DNA from: Elsinoe ampelina
Lineage: Eukaryota
NCBI GenBank assembly: GCA_010093995.1
Contig: ML992517.1
Location: 14,677 to 78,676, forward strand
Reading direction: 5' to 3'
DNA: 64,000 nt
The stretch's first letter is position 1, and each line of letters opens with the position of its first letter. Under the pieces are notes generated by a model. It did no database searches and had not been told where the DNA came from. It was given only the letters and a program-made list of their open reading frames with translations. This document shows, piece after piece, positions 16,404-28,373 of this stretch. A program made the position numbers and the translations under genes.

Positions 16404-17327
16404 TCAAGTCTCAGTAACACTCTCTATGTCGTCTCCCTCACCCTCCTGATCGTCGTCCTCCGATGGCGGTCCTTGAAGGTTGCTGAGTTCAGCGACGCGG
16501 AATGCCTGGACTGCTGCTATGCATTCTTCGCGACGAAAGTGATTTGGCCAGCCATGTTCTTGATGCAACCTTGCAATCTCCTGTGCAGGCGTCAGAATGA
16601 ATCAGCGTAGCAACAATGCAAGTGGGATGATACTAATCCTTCTCCCTGCGAGCCATCCCCTATTGTTCCTTCGATTTCATGCTCGTGGTGAGTTTGTGGT
16701 ACATATTCCAGAGCTCGAATCTTGTGGTAGATCTCATCAAAGTACGGTCTGATCGGCACGGCTTTACATCCAAGCCAAGGGTCGTAATCGGGAGCATCGC
16801 TCTCTATGTAGCCATCGGTAGGTATGATAGAACCTTCAGCAGGTTAGCTACGCTTCCGGAGGCATGTAATATACAGACGTGCCCTTTTTTGTGTCAATGC
16901 ACCAGAACGTGGCGTAACGTCCCGTGGTCAGAGTAATGACCTCTGGTGGAGGGGTTGCATCGAACGGCGCAAGGCCCATTTCCGACCAGTCTTTCTTCGC
17001 TAGGGCCTCCTTGTTGATCCTCCACATTCTCCAGCTTTTCTGCAAGTAGGATATTGAGAATGCGCCAAAGAACACCTCCCATTCCTCGACCATATCGTCC
17101 TGGATATAGGGGATGCGCCGTAATAGTTCGATAACAGCATCTGATCGATCCAGATGACGAAGCAGATCAATATGAAGTTCCTTGTCGCTCCAACCTTCGG
17201 GTGGCGGATGTTTGATCTTTGATTTGTCGAAATAGGCCATGCTGGCAAGAAGTTCATAGTGCCTGAGCAGGCATTCAGCCACCAGCTGGGGACTGTAGGA
17301 GTCCTGGGAACGGATGGAGGTGTTCAT
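16404..17327 (-). CDS. Conserved fungal cytoplasmic protein with SUKH/SMI1-KNR4-like features; 2 introns
   Basis: Exon 1: YELLASMAY..IKHPPPEGW..AVIELLRRIPYI..VITLTTGRYATFWCIDTKKG. Exon 2: SIIPTDG..YFDEIYHKIRALEYVP. Exon 3: EIARLHQEHGWPNHFRREEC..*. No signal peptide. The gene model is solid; the fold call is inference. Confidence 0.7.
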
Positions 17328-18137
17328 CGTTCAGCAAAGGCGATTTGATGAAAGGGATTGTTGTAGACCCGAACATGTTTGATAGCAAGCGTAAGGTAAG
17401 AATCAAGACTCGAGAGGCATGAGGTCCCGGTAGCACAAGAATTAGCCAATGGGAGTACGAGTCTTGTGGCCATTTTTGGTTTAGCGCTAAAATCGCGCGC
17501 GTGACATCGCCCTCTCTCACCTGACCAGACATAACTGACCATCATCATTCGTCGCTTGACAGCCAGGCAACATACAAGGATAACTATTTAGCAAAGTACT
17601 GATTCGCCACAATCTGCCTATTCGACCTTTCTGAAGAGCTTCGCATCGGCCACGCGAGATTTTCCTTCCAACCTCATATGAAGCATCGAGATCACGTGTT
17701 CAATACTAGCTGTACGTCTTTCCTGATTCATCAAATACTTGGTTCACAAGTTCGCGAGCTCGCGAGCACCGGAAACCCTTCTGGAAAGTCCCGTGCTCTG
17801 CCCCCAGCACGCTTCGCATTCAGCACTCGTCGCGACGTTCGTGCTTACGCGGCCATCGACAACCATGTCGACGCCCACGCGATTCACCGAGTAGGCGCAT
17901 ATGAGCATGTCGACCAGTTTGCGTCTTTAATGTCAGCTCGTTACAGCGTCTAGGTGGGGGTCGACGTGCCGGCCCCGCTGCTGCACTGTCACCATGCAGG
18001 AACCCATGCTGACATGAGATCCAAGGTAGCATCCTTCTGCCAAGCCCGATTGATCAGACCTTCGCAAGGACGATACGTTCTACGAGAACTTACGCGACGT
18101 CCATAAGAAAGACAAGAAAGAGCTGGGACAAGCTATA

Positions 18138-18971
18138 ATGCCGTCCGTCGTCAAGCGTAAGCGGGACCAAGGAGACCAGACCGCGCCTACCAAGCAGCCC
18201 CCCGCGCCAGAGTACACCCACGCATCTTCCTTCGGTCCTCAGTATCTTCAAGGACCCACAGAAGCAGACCTGGCAGAGGCTCTCCAACAGCACAACAACA
18301 AAGGTATGCCTCCATCGGCGGCCAACACGGCGAACGGACAGGACGCGAGCGACACTGCCAATGCTGCACTGCACTTTGGCATGTCTGGCAACAACCAGCA
18401 GGAAGCAAGCTTCCTCGCTCAAACACCAATCGAGAGCGCCGAAGCCGCACCGGAGCCGAACTTCGAGATCGAGTCCCCCAAGCCATCCAGCTCTACCCCA
18501 CAGTACACCATCGAGCAACCCAAGGGTGCAGGACCTGTCCTAGCTCCTGCCTCCGTGTCACCCCACCCGGCAGTCGTGAACCCGTCATCAGACTCTCCAC
18601 CGACCTCACCTGGCAAAGGAGATGGCAAGCTGAAAGTCGGCACGGAAGAATGGGCCGCCGTACGTCGCAACAACCACAAAGAAGTCGAGCGAAGGCGTCG
18701 TGAGACGATCAACGAAGGCATCAACGAGCTTGGCAAGATTGTACCTGGCGCAGAACGTAATAAGGGCAGCATTCTTTCGCGCGCGGTCATGTACATCACC
18801 GATCTTACTGAGCGTCAAAAGGAGATGGAGACCAAGAACAACCTCGAGAAGATGATGTTCGAGCAAGCCATTGCCGAGATGAGCGCGAGTGGTGACAAGC
18901 TCAAGTCGGAGGTGAAGAGGCTCGAGGATCTCGTCGCTGTCTTGAGGGGCAAATTAGGGGAGAAGGCGTAG
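18138..18971 (+). CDS. CBF1: bHLH-zipper transcription factor, Cbf1/centromere-binding factor 1 type
   Basis: RRNNHKEVERRRRETINEGINELGKIVPGAERNKGSILSRAV followed by a leucine-zipper LEKMMFEQAIAEM. Confidence 0.85.
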   Translation: MPSVVKRKRDQGDQTAPTKQPPAPEYTHASSFGPQYLQGPTEADLAEALQQHNNKGMPPSAANTANGQDASDTANAALHFGMSGNNQQEASFLAQTPIESAEAAPEPNFEIESPKPSSSTPQYTIEQPKGAGPVLAPASVSPHPAVVNPSSDSPPTSPGKGDGKLKVGTEEWAAVRRNNHKEVERRRRETINEGINELGKIVPGAERNKGSILSRAVMYITDLTERQKEMETKNNLEKMMFEQAIAEMSASGDKLKSEVKRLEDLVAVLRGKLGEKA

Positions 18972-19578
18972 GAGTCGCATGCGTTGTTCAGGGCGAAACG
19001 GAGCCACGCGCGGCGCCACAGACTCAATCACTTCAACTTGCTGGTCGACCACTAATAGAAGATACGAAGACAAGCACAGCACCAAAAAGGAAGCATCAGC
19101 AAGTTGCATCAACCACGCTGCTGGCCAGAGTCAAGCAGCGAAAATCACGATTCATGACCACGTTGGGCGTATTCGATCAGGACTTTGATTCAGCAAGGGG
19201 CGCGCATGGGGAGGGTACGGCTTGGTGTTTTTTGACGAGTGATCGACTTGGGATCAGACAATCTCTCCTTCACCAGGGATCAATGGCAAAACATATGCAT
19301 GGTGGCTTCTGAGCGCTTCATTTTCGGTGGTTTGTGGCCCCTCGACGCTTGTTGTTCGAGGGGTAGCTTGCTCTATCGTCTATACCATCTCCTAGAACAT
19401 CGTAATGCAAGCTGAGTGGTTTTGATGACCTGCCTGCTCCGAAGAGTAGACAGACCGACTGATATCGAATGTGACCGTCCAGACCCGCCGAGCTGACAGC
19501 GCGTACCATCCTTCTCACAGCCTAATCCCCCACAGACACCTAGATCCATAGATTGACCATACAAATGTCCCCAACCAC

Positions 19579-20369
19579 CTAATAAAAACTCTCCACCACA
19601 CTCTCCTTCTTCGCACCCAACCCCTCCGGGCCCCCCTCCCCAAGCTTAAACACACTCTCAACCACACTCAACTCCGTCGCCGTGGTATCCACCCCCGTCA
19701 CCGCCATCCAATCATTCACCACCATCCCGGCCCCCACCACCGGACTCCCCCGATTCACACTCCCCGCCACCAACGGCACCTGAAGCAAACTACTCAACTC
19801 ATCCTGATCCTGGATACTCGTCTTGGGATGCACCAGTCCCCCCTGGTTACTCAAGCTCATATAGCTCCCCACCAGCACGTTATCCGCTATCGTCTGCCGG
19901 AACACCTCCACCCCCAACGTGTCCGCGACGATCTCCTCCGTCTCCCGCTCCACGTCGGGGTGGACCAACGCCACGCTATCATTCGCCGCGATGACGTTGC
20001 CGAGAGCGGAGAGGCGTTCCTCGATGCGTTGGATCTTGACGTCGTCGGGGATGCTGTTCCTCAGGTGCTGTAGTTCTTGGTCGGTGGTGGAGGTGGGGAC
20101 GAGGAGGCCGCGGCGGTTGCCGGCGGTCAGGCGGCCGATGATGCGGGTCCCCGCGATCGTGCAGTGGCAGATGGGGATTATGCCGGAGAGCTCGGCTTCG
20201 AAGATGGAGTAGAAGTTTGTCGAGGCGCCGAGGGCGATGAGGGCGTAGGAGTTTGTGAGGGTGGAGAAGACGCCGACTCTGAGGGGGAGGGTTAGTGGGG
20301 AGGACCAGGGAGGGGGAGGAGGGGCGGGATGTACTCGTTGGAGTTTTCGAATTGGGCGCGGACGGCCAT
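19579..20369 (-). CDS. TIF6: Eukaryotic translation initiation factor 6, 1 intron
   Basis: [50 protein letters not shown] and [14 protein letters not shown]. Confidence 0.97.
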
Positions 20370-20836
20370 GGTTGTGGTTTGGAGGATGGTGATTGTGTCG
20401 AGGGGAATGTTCAGGAGGGTGGGAGCGGAACGGTGCGGATTTAAAGTTGTGTTAGATGTTGGAAAAGTGCTTGTCGAATTTCGCCTCGCTTGAATAATTT
20501 GTGAAGCAGGTGATGGGCAGTCGGCCGAATTTGTACAACGAGACGTCACTGCACTGCGAGAAGAGCCGCATTTAGAGTTTGCAGGGGACCTCACTCGTCG
20601 GAGTTGGAGTCATCGCTTCGCCTCAGACATGCACTCCTACAAATGAGTCAATTTCTGGCACTATTGCACTGCTGCACTTTCAACATGCAGGAATTGTCAT
20701 TTCCGGCAACCTGTGCCATTATGATTCATCCTTGGCATATGGAAAGACGGCAAACTCAATGGTTGCATGAAGTTGGGTGTCCACTCAATACGGCTCTGCA
20801 TTGGTCTCGCTGCAACTAATGAATGACCCCTTCCAA

Positions 20837-23800
20837 TCACCTATAGAATCCTCTTCCATCCCTTGTATCCCTGCCATCTCTCCCCATACTTCCATGTCTC
20901 CCGTCTCTCGCATCGCGCTGATCTCTCGGATCCCTCCCATCCCTTGCGGCAGGCGGCGGTGGTCCCGGATAAGGACCAGGATAATGCCCATTTTGAGGTC
21001 GTCCAAATGTGGTCGGAGGCCCGTAGTGCCCTGGCTGTAGTGTCTGCGGTGGAGGTGCCACTTGTCCCGGATGACTTCCAGGCGGATAGCCGTACCCAGG
21101 GGGTGGCGGTGGTGGTGGCAGGCCTGGTGGGACAGGTGGTAGAGAGCTTTGTGAGAACTGAGCCGAGAAGGGGGGGCCGGGGTGATGATAGTCGTGGAGT
21201 GGTCTGCCATACCGGTCTGTGGGCGCAGGACCAGTTGGTGATAGGGCTGCTGGCCCGGTGCCTGCACGATGAAGGTGCGGTGGCATGTGAGATTGACCAG
21301 GCGAGAATCGTCGACTGGAGTCCATAGCGCTGATGGTGGAGCGACGGAGCAGAGCATCATAGCTGCTGTCGCGACCGTAGCGGTTGAAAATGGAATTGTG
21401 CCCTGGGCCTATTCCTCTATTCGCTTCAGAGGGGCGACGAGAGTCGTGCTCGTTGTGCGATCCGTAGGAATCAGAGATACTGCGATTTCGAGTAGTGTCC
21501 GTGAGAAGAGGAGGCAGAGGTCTGGGTTCCTGGGAGCGTGGATCACGGCCCTCATTCTGCCCAGACAATCGCGTTGCGTCTTGTCGGAGTTGCGGCTCCA
21601 GGCGCGACTGAGTTGGAGATGGTCCGATGTTCTGGCCGGGTGTTGTGCCTGCTGCAGCCAGACCAATCAACGAAGCTCGTCTATCATGCTTCTCTGGGCT
21701 CGCAGCACCCTTTGGGTGTCGGTTCGTGGTACGAGCCGTTGGCGAACCTGCAGATGGTTGTTGACCTAACCCACCTGTCCCGTTGGTAGGCACATCGCCA
21801 GGTCTGCTAGGTTGCGATAAGAGGTGCATGAGCGACGGTCTCGCATTCGGACCGTGTGAATCCGTGGACTCCGATTTCGGAACAGCGTCTCTCCCTGCGC
21901 CGGTAGCCTCCGGAAAGGCAGGTAACAACCCATTCGGCGCTGAATTGTAGTCGGCAGAGACCACACCTGGAGGCTGCTGATATACTGGATTTTGATACAC
22001 ATCAGCGAACAAGTTTCGGGCAGGTGCCGCGGCATACGTCGGTCTGGAATGTTGATCATCTGAATTCAAGAGCGAAGCCATCGTTGGTCGAATCGAGGCA
22101 GACGGAGGAGGAGGTGCCGACACAGATGCATCAGCCAGGACCTGTAAGTTGACTGCCTCGGCATTCGATATCGATTGAGCGGCTGGAACCTTGGGCTCCT
22201 GCGAAGCCTGCGTGAGAGCTGTGATCAGAGCAGACACTTTTCGATCATGCTCGTTCGCTTCTCGATCAGTCGGATCAAAATAGGTGAATGCAGCAGGCTT
22301 AGTTGGCGGCGGTTCCACATCATCTGGCAGATCCTCTTCGCCCATGTTGCCTCTGTCGCATAGCTCTCTGAAAAGACGATCTGTTTCGATGATTCTCCGG
22401 CTTCGCGAATCGTGGGCTCGATCCAAGATGTGAGTGCGTTTGCCGTGCATGTCGACATGGTACAACGAAGTGATAATGTTGCCGCTCTGTTGATCTTGTA
22501 AGTACATCAACTCCTTGCCATGATGTTTGGGACTCACCTCGTCGTCGCTTGCATGCTCGTCATCTTCTATATTATGCTTTCTGACCGCCATGAGAAAGTC
22601 ATACTTCAGATGGTTGATGAACGTATCGACCGCGTTGATCTTGGCTTGCTGTGTTGTATACGTCAGTAATTATCAGCATTTCTGCATCTGCTGGCCCACC
22701 TGATACTGTGTCTTAATTCTGTCCGTCTCCGAATCAAAGAGCAACTTGATTTTGTCCTTGTTGTATCGGTCTTCTTCCTTGCTGCGGGCCAACCTAGCTT
22801 GCATCTTCTCATCTAGGCGCTTTTTGACAATGTCATACTCTCTCGCTTTGACAGGAGCTTCGGCGTCGTTCTTTAGGTCCTTGATGCTACGCTTAGCCAG
22901 CTCAGCCAGGAGCGGTTTCAACTGCTTCGCAACCGCTCGATACCTGACACGCAGTTGGAGCTGTCGTCTGAGTGCTGCCTCAACCTTAGGGATAGCATGA
23001 GGTGCCCTACGTCGGCCAGGTAGCTTGCGGGGAGCTTTACCCGGGCCTGAAGCTGTGAGCTCGTCTCCGAGAGCGGAAATGGGTGATTGTGCACCATCGG
23101 CGTCTTCTTCCGAGATCGTGCGTAGCGGTGAGGCCAAAGTTGTGATGACTTTCGGAACCGCCATCTTCGATGGCGATTCATCATCCAGATTCGACTCTGC
23201 CACTGATTCGCCATCATCATTGTCGACTTTGCTCTGGTCCGAAACAGGCTCATCCTCGATTTCTCCATCCTCACCGTCAGCGTCTTCCATCTCATCCTCA
23301 TTCTCTTCTTCACCTTCGCCTTCGTCATCCAGATCATCAAGTAGCTCTTGTGAGTTCTCCTCGTCTTCGTTCTCTGGGACATCGCCATCTGTATCAGCCT
23401 CTGCCATTTCCACGTCATCTCCAAGATCACCAAGGTCCTCGTCCGGCACCTCCACACCTTGCAATTCTTCATCGACTTCTTTAGTGTCCACATTGTCAGT
23501 GTTGTCGGCTGTCGCATTAGAAATTTGTGAGATATGTTCAGTCTGAGTGGGATATTCAGGTTGACCGTTATCGGCCCCAGGCGTACTTGATCGCTTTCGT
23601 GCGCTTCGTCTTTGCGGGCTAATCTTCAGCTTGACGATTGCCGTGTGACCATTTGTGATCCTCCTCTCGGGTCCGCTCTCCTTCTTCGTCGATTCGTCGT
23701 CGACCTCGTCAGCATGGTCTTCATTACCGGGCAATTTCACAGGTTGCAGATCGGTGCCGTTGGTCTTATCCCCGTTTCTAGGACTGCGGCGACCTGGTAC

Positions 23801-24352
23801 ACTGGTGGCTGTGGAAAGCCTGGTGGACCTTTGGGATGGTGGCGATACGGCAATTTGGGCTTGTACGGTCGGTGACTCCAGATTTGGAGACTGGACATTG
23901 GAGCCGTCGCCATTCTCTTCGGGTACATTCACGACGATCTCGTCTAGTGTAGATTCAGAGGCTCGTTTTGGCCTTCGTTTCTGGACGGGAGTTTCAGTGA
24001 TGGTCGAGAGTGGTCCACTCTCTCTTCTGGACGATCTTCGAGATCCTCCAGAGGATGAGTTCGAGTTGTTTGATGCAAAAGAAGCATGACTAGGTGTGGA
24101 CTTGCTGCCGACTGACAGCTTTCTACGCTTGGCAGCACGCTCGCTGGAGTGATTAGGATCGCGGGGAGACACTGTTGCTACTGGCGGACCATTCTCATTG
24201 ACCGAATTGCGTCGACTGGAAACACTTCCGTTCGAGCCGGATTGGGATCCATTCATGGAAGCCTTTCGTGAAGATCTCCTTGCCGTGAAGGCGTGAGGGT
24301 CGGCAGAGAGGGATTTGCGTGGAGTTAGACTACGACGTCTTCTTAGTTCCAT
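20837..24352 (-). CDS. Large low-complexity protein: basic NLS-like segments, acidic tract, central coiled coil, Pro/Gly-rich and RDGR-repeat tail; 1 intron
   Basis: ORFs 22673-24352 and 20837-22591 join in frame through a GT..CTGAC..CAG intron near 22650-22700. Conserved-looking helix VEAALRRQLQLRVRYRAVAKQLKPLLAELAKRS. Confidence 0.75.
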
Positions 24353-25285
24353 GGATGGATGGCGTTTGTGGTTGTTGCCATCAGTTCATAGATTCCGAGA
24401 TGGTCATGCGATTTGCAAAAGCTGGGGGCACAAATGATGCTAGAATGAATTAGCACCATAATATCTCGTAAGGTATGTAATATAGTGTTCATGAAAGAAT
24501 CACGAAGAGTTGAATGCGGGCATCGTGTTTGCGATCAGATATGGTTCCCGTAGTCGTGGCTACGATTTCGCGTTACACAGCATGGCATGTGTGCAAAACA
24601 AGCGCCGTTTGCTGATCTGGAAGTACAGCAATGCTGGAATGTGCTAGGAGGTCTTGATCACAATGTGCATCGAGACGACTGATATTGGCAATCTTTTATG
24701 ACCGCATGCTGCAGACTGTAAGAAAGTTCTGGTGTACGTACCAAGATGAGATGGAGAGGTTGGTGGCAGCCAAATCTTGCATGCGGGTGAAGACAATCGC
24801 CCGAGCGACTACAGAGGTATCGCGGGGTCTGGCGAAAGGAATGAGACAAGAGAGAAGAGAATACAGATGAAAATGATGGTGCCAACGAGGTGGAAATGCA
24901 ATGCCAGAGGCTTGCGTGATGATGGCGGATGGTCTGGTCTGCCTCGCATACCTTCTCGATCAAAATGCACTAGGGCTCAATGCGGCAAAGTTCGAGCCGC
25001 TTCCGCCCGTTTGTCGATCATCAAAATTGTGGGGATAACATGCTTGTTTGATTCATGCGAAAGTGGATCAGCGACATGCACGAGGAGATTTGAAAGACAC
25101 GCTTCATTTCATTAGATAGCAGATGGACGCTTCTTCTGGTATTTAAACTCCCCATCCTTCATGCCTGAGCCTAACGATCGATCACATCGAATAGTCAGAA
25201 CGATGGTTGGAAGATGAGGTCGCTGATAATAAGATGTCGTCGAGGTCCGGGGGTGGAGATCGTACTGTGTTCATTGTCTCGTTGA

Positions 25286-26670
25286 TCATTGCTCATCTGG
25301 CTCGTCTGGCTGGTCGAAGAGAAAGTTGGCAGCCAGCTCCTCGTTCTTGTCGCAAGCAAAGTAGGCCTGAATGACCATCTCACGCTCGAAGCCCAATCTA
25401 CAGAGCTATTGGCTGTCAGTACAATATCATTTGATATTTCGATCCACAAAGGCTTACCCTCTCGATGGCATCTCTCTCCTCCTCGGTGACGCTGATTGGC
25501 TGGGCGCCTGGAGGGAGAGCGGCGTCATCATCGGCGTCCTCGGCAAGAAGCTGCATAAATTGGTCTGGGTGCTGAGCGATGATCTGAGCTACCTGGGGAT
25601 TGCCGGCAGCTACCTGTTGCAAGATAGGCTCCAGCATCTGCGGCTGTTGTTGGACGACCTGGCGAAGCTGCTGGAACTGTGGGTTGTTGCGAAGGAAGTC
25701 CAAGTTTGCAGCAGGCGCGTTGCCTGCAGCACGGGCTTCACCACCTCTGTTGCCACCTGTTGCGCCACGCCCACCAGCGGCAGCTGCCTGATCGAACAGA
25801 TTGAGCGAATCTCCGCCACCTTCTCCTTGCTGAGCGGGCTGCTGCTGAGGCTGTGTGTTTCCAGCAGCTGCAGACGCGGGAATCTGACGGGATCGTTCCT
25901 CTTGCAGGGCACTCTCGGGGATGCCGTTGAGAAGGTATTCCACCGCACGATCCGGGTTGTAGAAAGCAGCGCGCATGGCACGATCTATGTCCGCGCGAGG
26001 GAAACCCATTGACTCCATGTCGGCGATTGCGCGGTTGCGCTCCTCCATACCTACGGCCATGCCAGAATCTCCGCCAAATGCTCCTCCACTTTGCGCTTGA
26101 GCGGGCGAAGGTGTGGCGGGAGCAGCGTTGAGAGAGGATGCTGCTGGTGCAGCAGCTGGAGCTGGAGCAGCTGGCGCGGCTGGGGTCTGGGCGACTGCGG
26201 CAGGCGCTGGTGTGGATGGGGCGGCAGCCGATGAGCTTGCAGGTGCGGGCTTGGGCTATATCCTGTCAGGCTCTTTCTCCAAGGACAATTTATCTGCCGT
26301 ACCTTATTTGTCATGACCACGATGAAGCCCTTCTCTTCGATCTTGTACGACTCGACGGTCTTGTCATCTTGGAGGATTTTGCCTGGTCTCGTCAATTCCT
26401 TATCAATATGGAGCAGTCGCTGTTGATACCAGAGTAGATCAGCTTCAGTAGGGAGGCATCCGACTTTCTTTCCGCGGCGACTTTGCTTTTGACATCTGCA
26501 ATCTGTCCATTATCGTTAGTGCGTGACAAGGCATCAGGTTGGTGAAAAGATCGTACAGTCTCGGAGGGCTCGATGTCGATTGTGAATTTTTGCTGGCTCA
26601 GGTCCTGTAAGATATTAGGATATTTCTCTGGAGACAGATGCAGACGTCTGACCTTGAAGGTGAGCTTCAT
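25286..26670 (-). CDS. RAD23: UV excision repair / proteasome shuttle Rad23 (UBL-UBA-STI1-UBA), multi-intron
   Basis: [86 protein letters not shown] and [20 protein letters not shown]. Confidence 0.97.
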
Positions 26671-28373
26671 TGTAGCGGTGCTGCGCTGGCAATGGCACCG
26701 TCGGAAATGTGATTGGATAGTCGACGGCAAAGCGGAAACACCAGCAGCTCGCGATGTGGGCTATCCTTCGCTCGTATATATTTGTATGAACTGTAGCTCT
26801 TCGGATCAAGAGCGGTGAGACGGATAGTGAAAAGTCGGAAAGATGTATGTGAATATGGTGGAGAGAACAAGGGAAGGACTTCGAACTCTCTGACGTGCTA
26901 AGCGGGGCTCTGCCTACCTGGAAATGTAGTCCACCGTACAATGAGAGCCGCATCCGCGTTCACCTGCCAGGCTGCGGCCTCGCATTCAACAGGCCGACAG
27001 ACACACTTCCAATTGGAAGTGATCCTGCTCTGGGTTTATTCTCCGCCTGGGCCGTGCTTCTTGACACATCTGACTGAGCCTGCCCTCTTCTCAAACCCCT
27101 CCACAGGCTCTCTGACGTCTGGGAGTGCTACCGTCACTCGTGCGCTATTCCTGTCACAGCATAGCTTACACCTGCTTGAGACTGCCATGCGAACCTTCGG
27201 TCATTCATCCTTCAAGACACAGCTGATGACCACTTCATCCATGGATTCATGGCGGGATCACACGCAGACGAAGACTAACAAGGCAGTTTGTTGTTGTGCC
27301 CTTTGTTTTCACACGAAAACACGGCAGTAGGTACAGTAAACACTGAGCTCGGCAGCTTCTGCTGCAGGTCTGGCTCTGTTCGGCTCTGCACGTCCGCCTC
27401 AATTTCCCGCGGCGAATGAGCGTGACGGCATCCACAATAATTCTACTGTATGCGAGATTGGACGACCAGATATCGCAAGCTTTGTACGCTCCATGCAGAC
27501 TCTCGATAGACTCTGTTTGCGAGATCCCAACGCATGGCCCAAAGACGACCTTTTTCCAGGGCTCAGCGACACGAAACGTACACGAATCTATTTCCGAGGC
27601 AAGCCACATACCCTGCACTATCCCGATTTGTCAAAAACGAACATCTCCAAGGCAGACCAAGGCACAGCTGACAGCGACAGGTCACTGCCAGACACTTTGC
27701 CCGTCAGAGATCCGCCAGAGCCGGAACGACAAGGCCCTGTTTTTTGGTAACGAAGCAAGCCAAAAAGCTGCCACACCCCATTTCGTCAAACCTTCTATCC
27801 CGCTGTGCATCCTCACGCGTCCTCCCAGCCGACGCGACTTTGTCCATGCAAACACCCGAATGATATTCACTTTTTGGTAGGTGGGTGCCCTCATGGGTGA
27901 CGTTCCACGGATGTCTTCTTTCGTTTCCACCACTCCCTCCCATCATTCTTTCTTTTGTATCGCTGGCACCGGTTGGTTTGTGCGGTTGTCAATGCTCGGA
28001 TGTCTGGTTCTTGCCATACGATGAGCATGCAGAGTACCACACTTCAAAACACAGCCCGCACATAATACTTTGATAGCCCTCGCAAAGCTGTAACTCTCCT
28101 TCGCAGCTCGTGATACCTGTTCCTAAAAAGGCTCCGACAGCCATCGCTCGCTCCGGAGTTTGAGCTTTTGCCATTCCTTTGCGTTGAGTAGGACGATTCG
28201 ACGATCACTTGTACTCAGTAGTACAGACGGAATCGATTGTCGAGTTTCGAAAGGGAACACAAGAAGAGTCGGGATACGCAATGAACAGATCTGGATCTGC
28301 AGAACATCTATAAATCGACTAGCTAGGAATTCTACTCGTACCTACAAAAAAGCAGCATTCTTCGACGCCCACC

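Noticed and set aside
27416..27946. Short ORFs upstream of the 28374 gene, including the 85-aa ORF 27493-27750
   Set aside because: No recognisable domain; may be uORFs or noise and cannot be supported.
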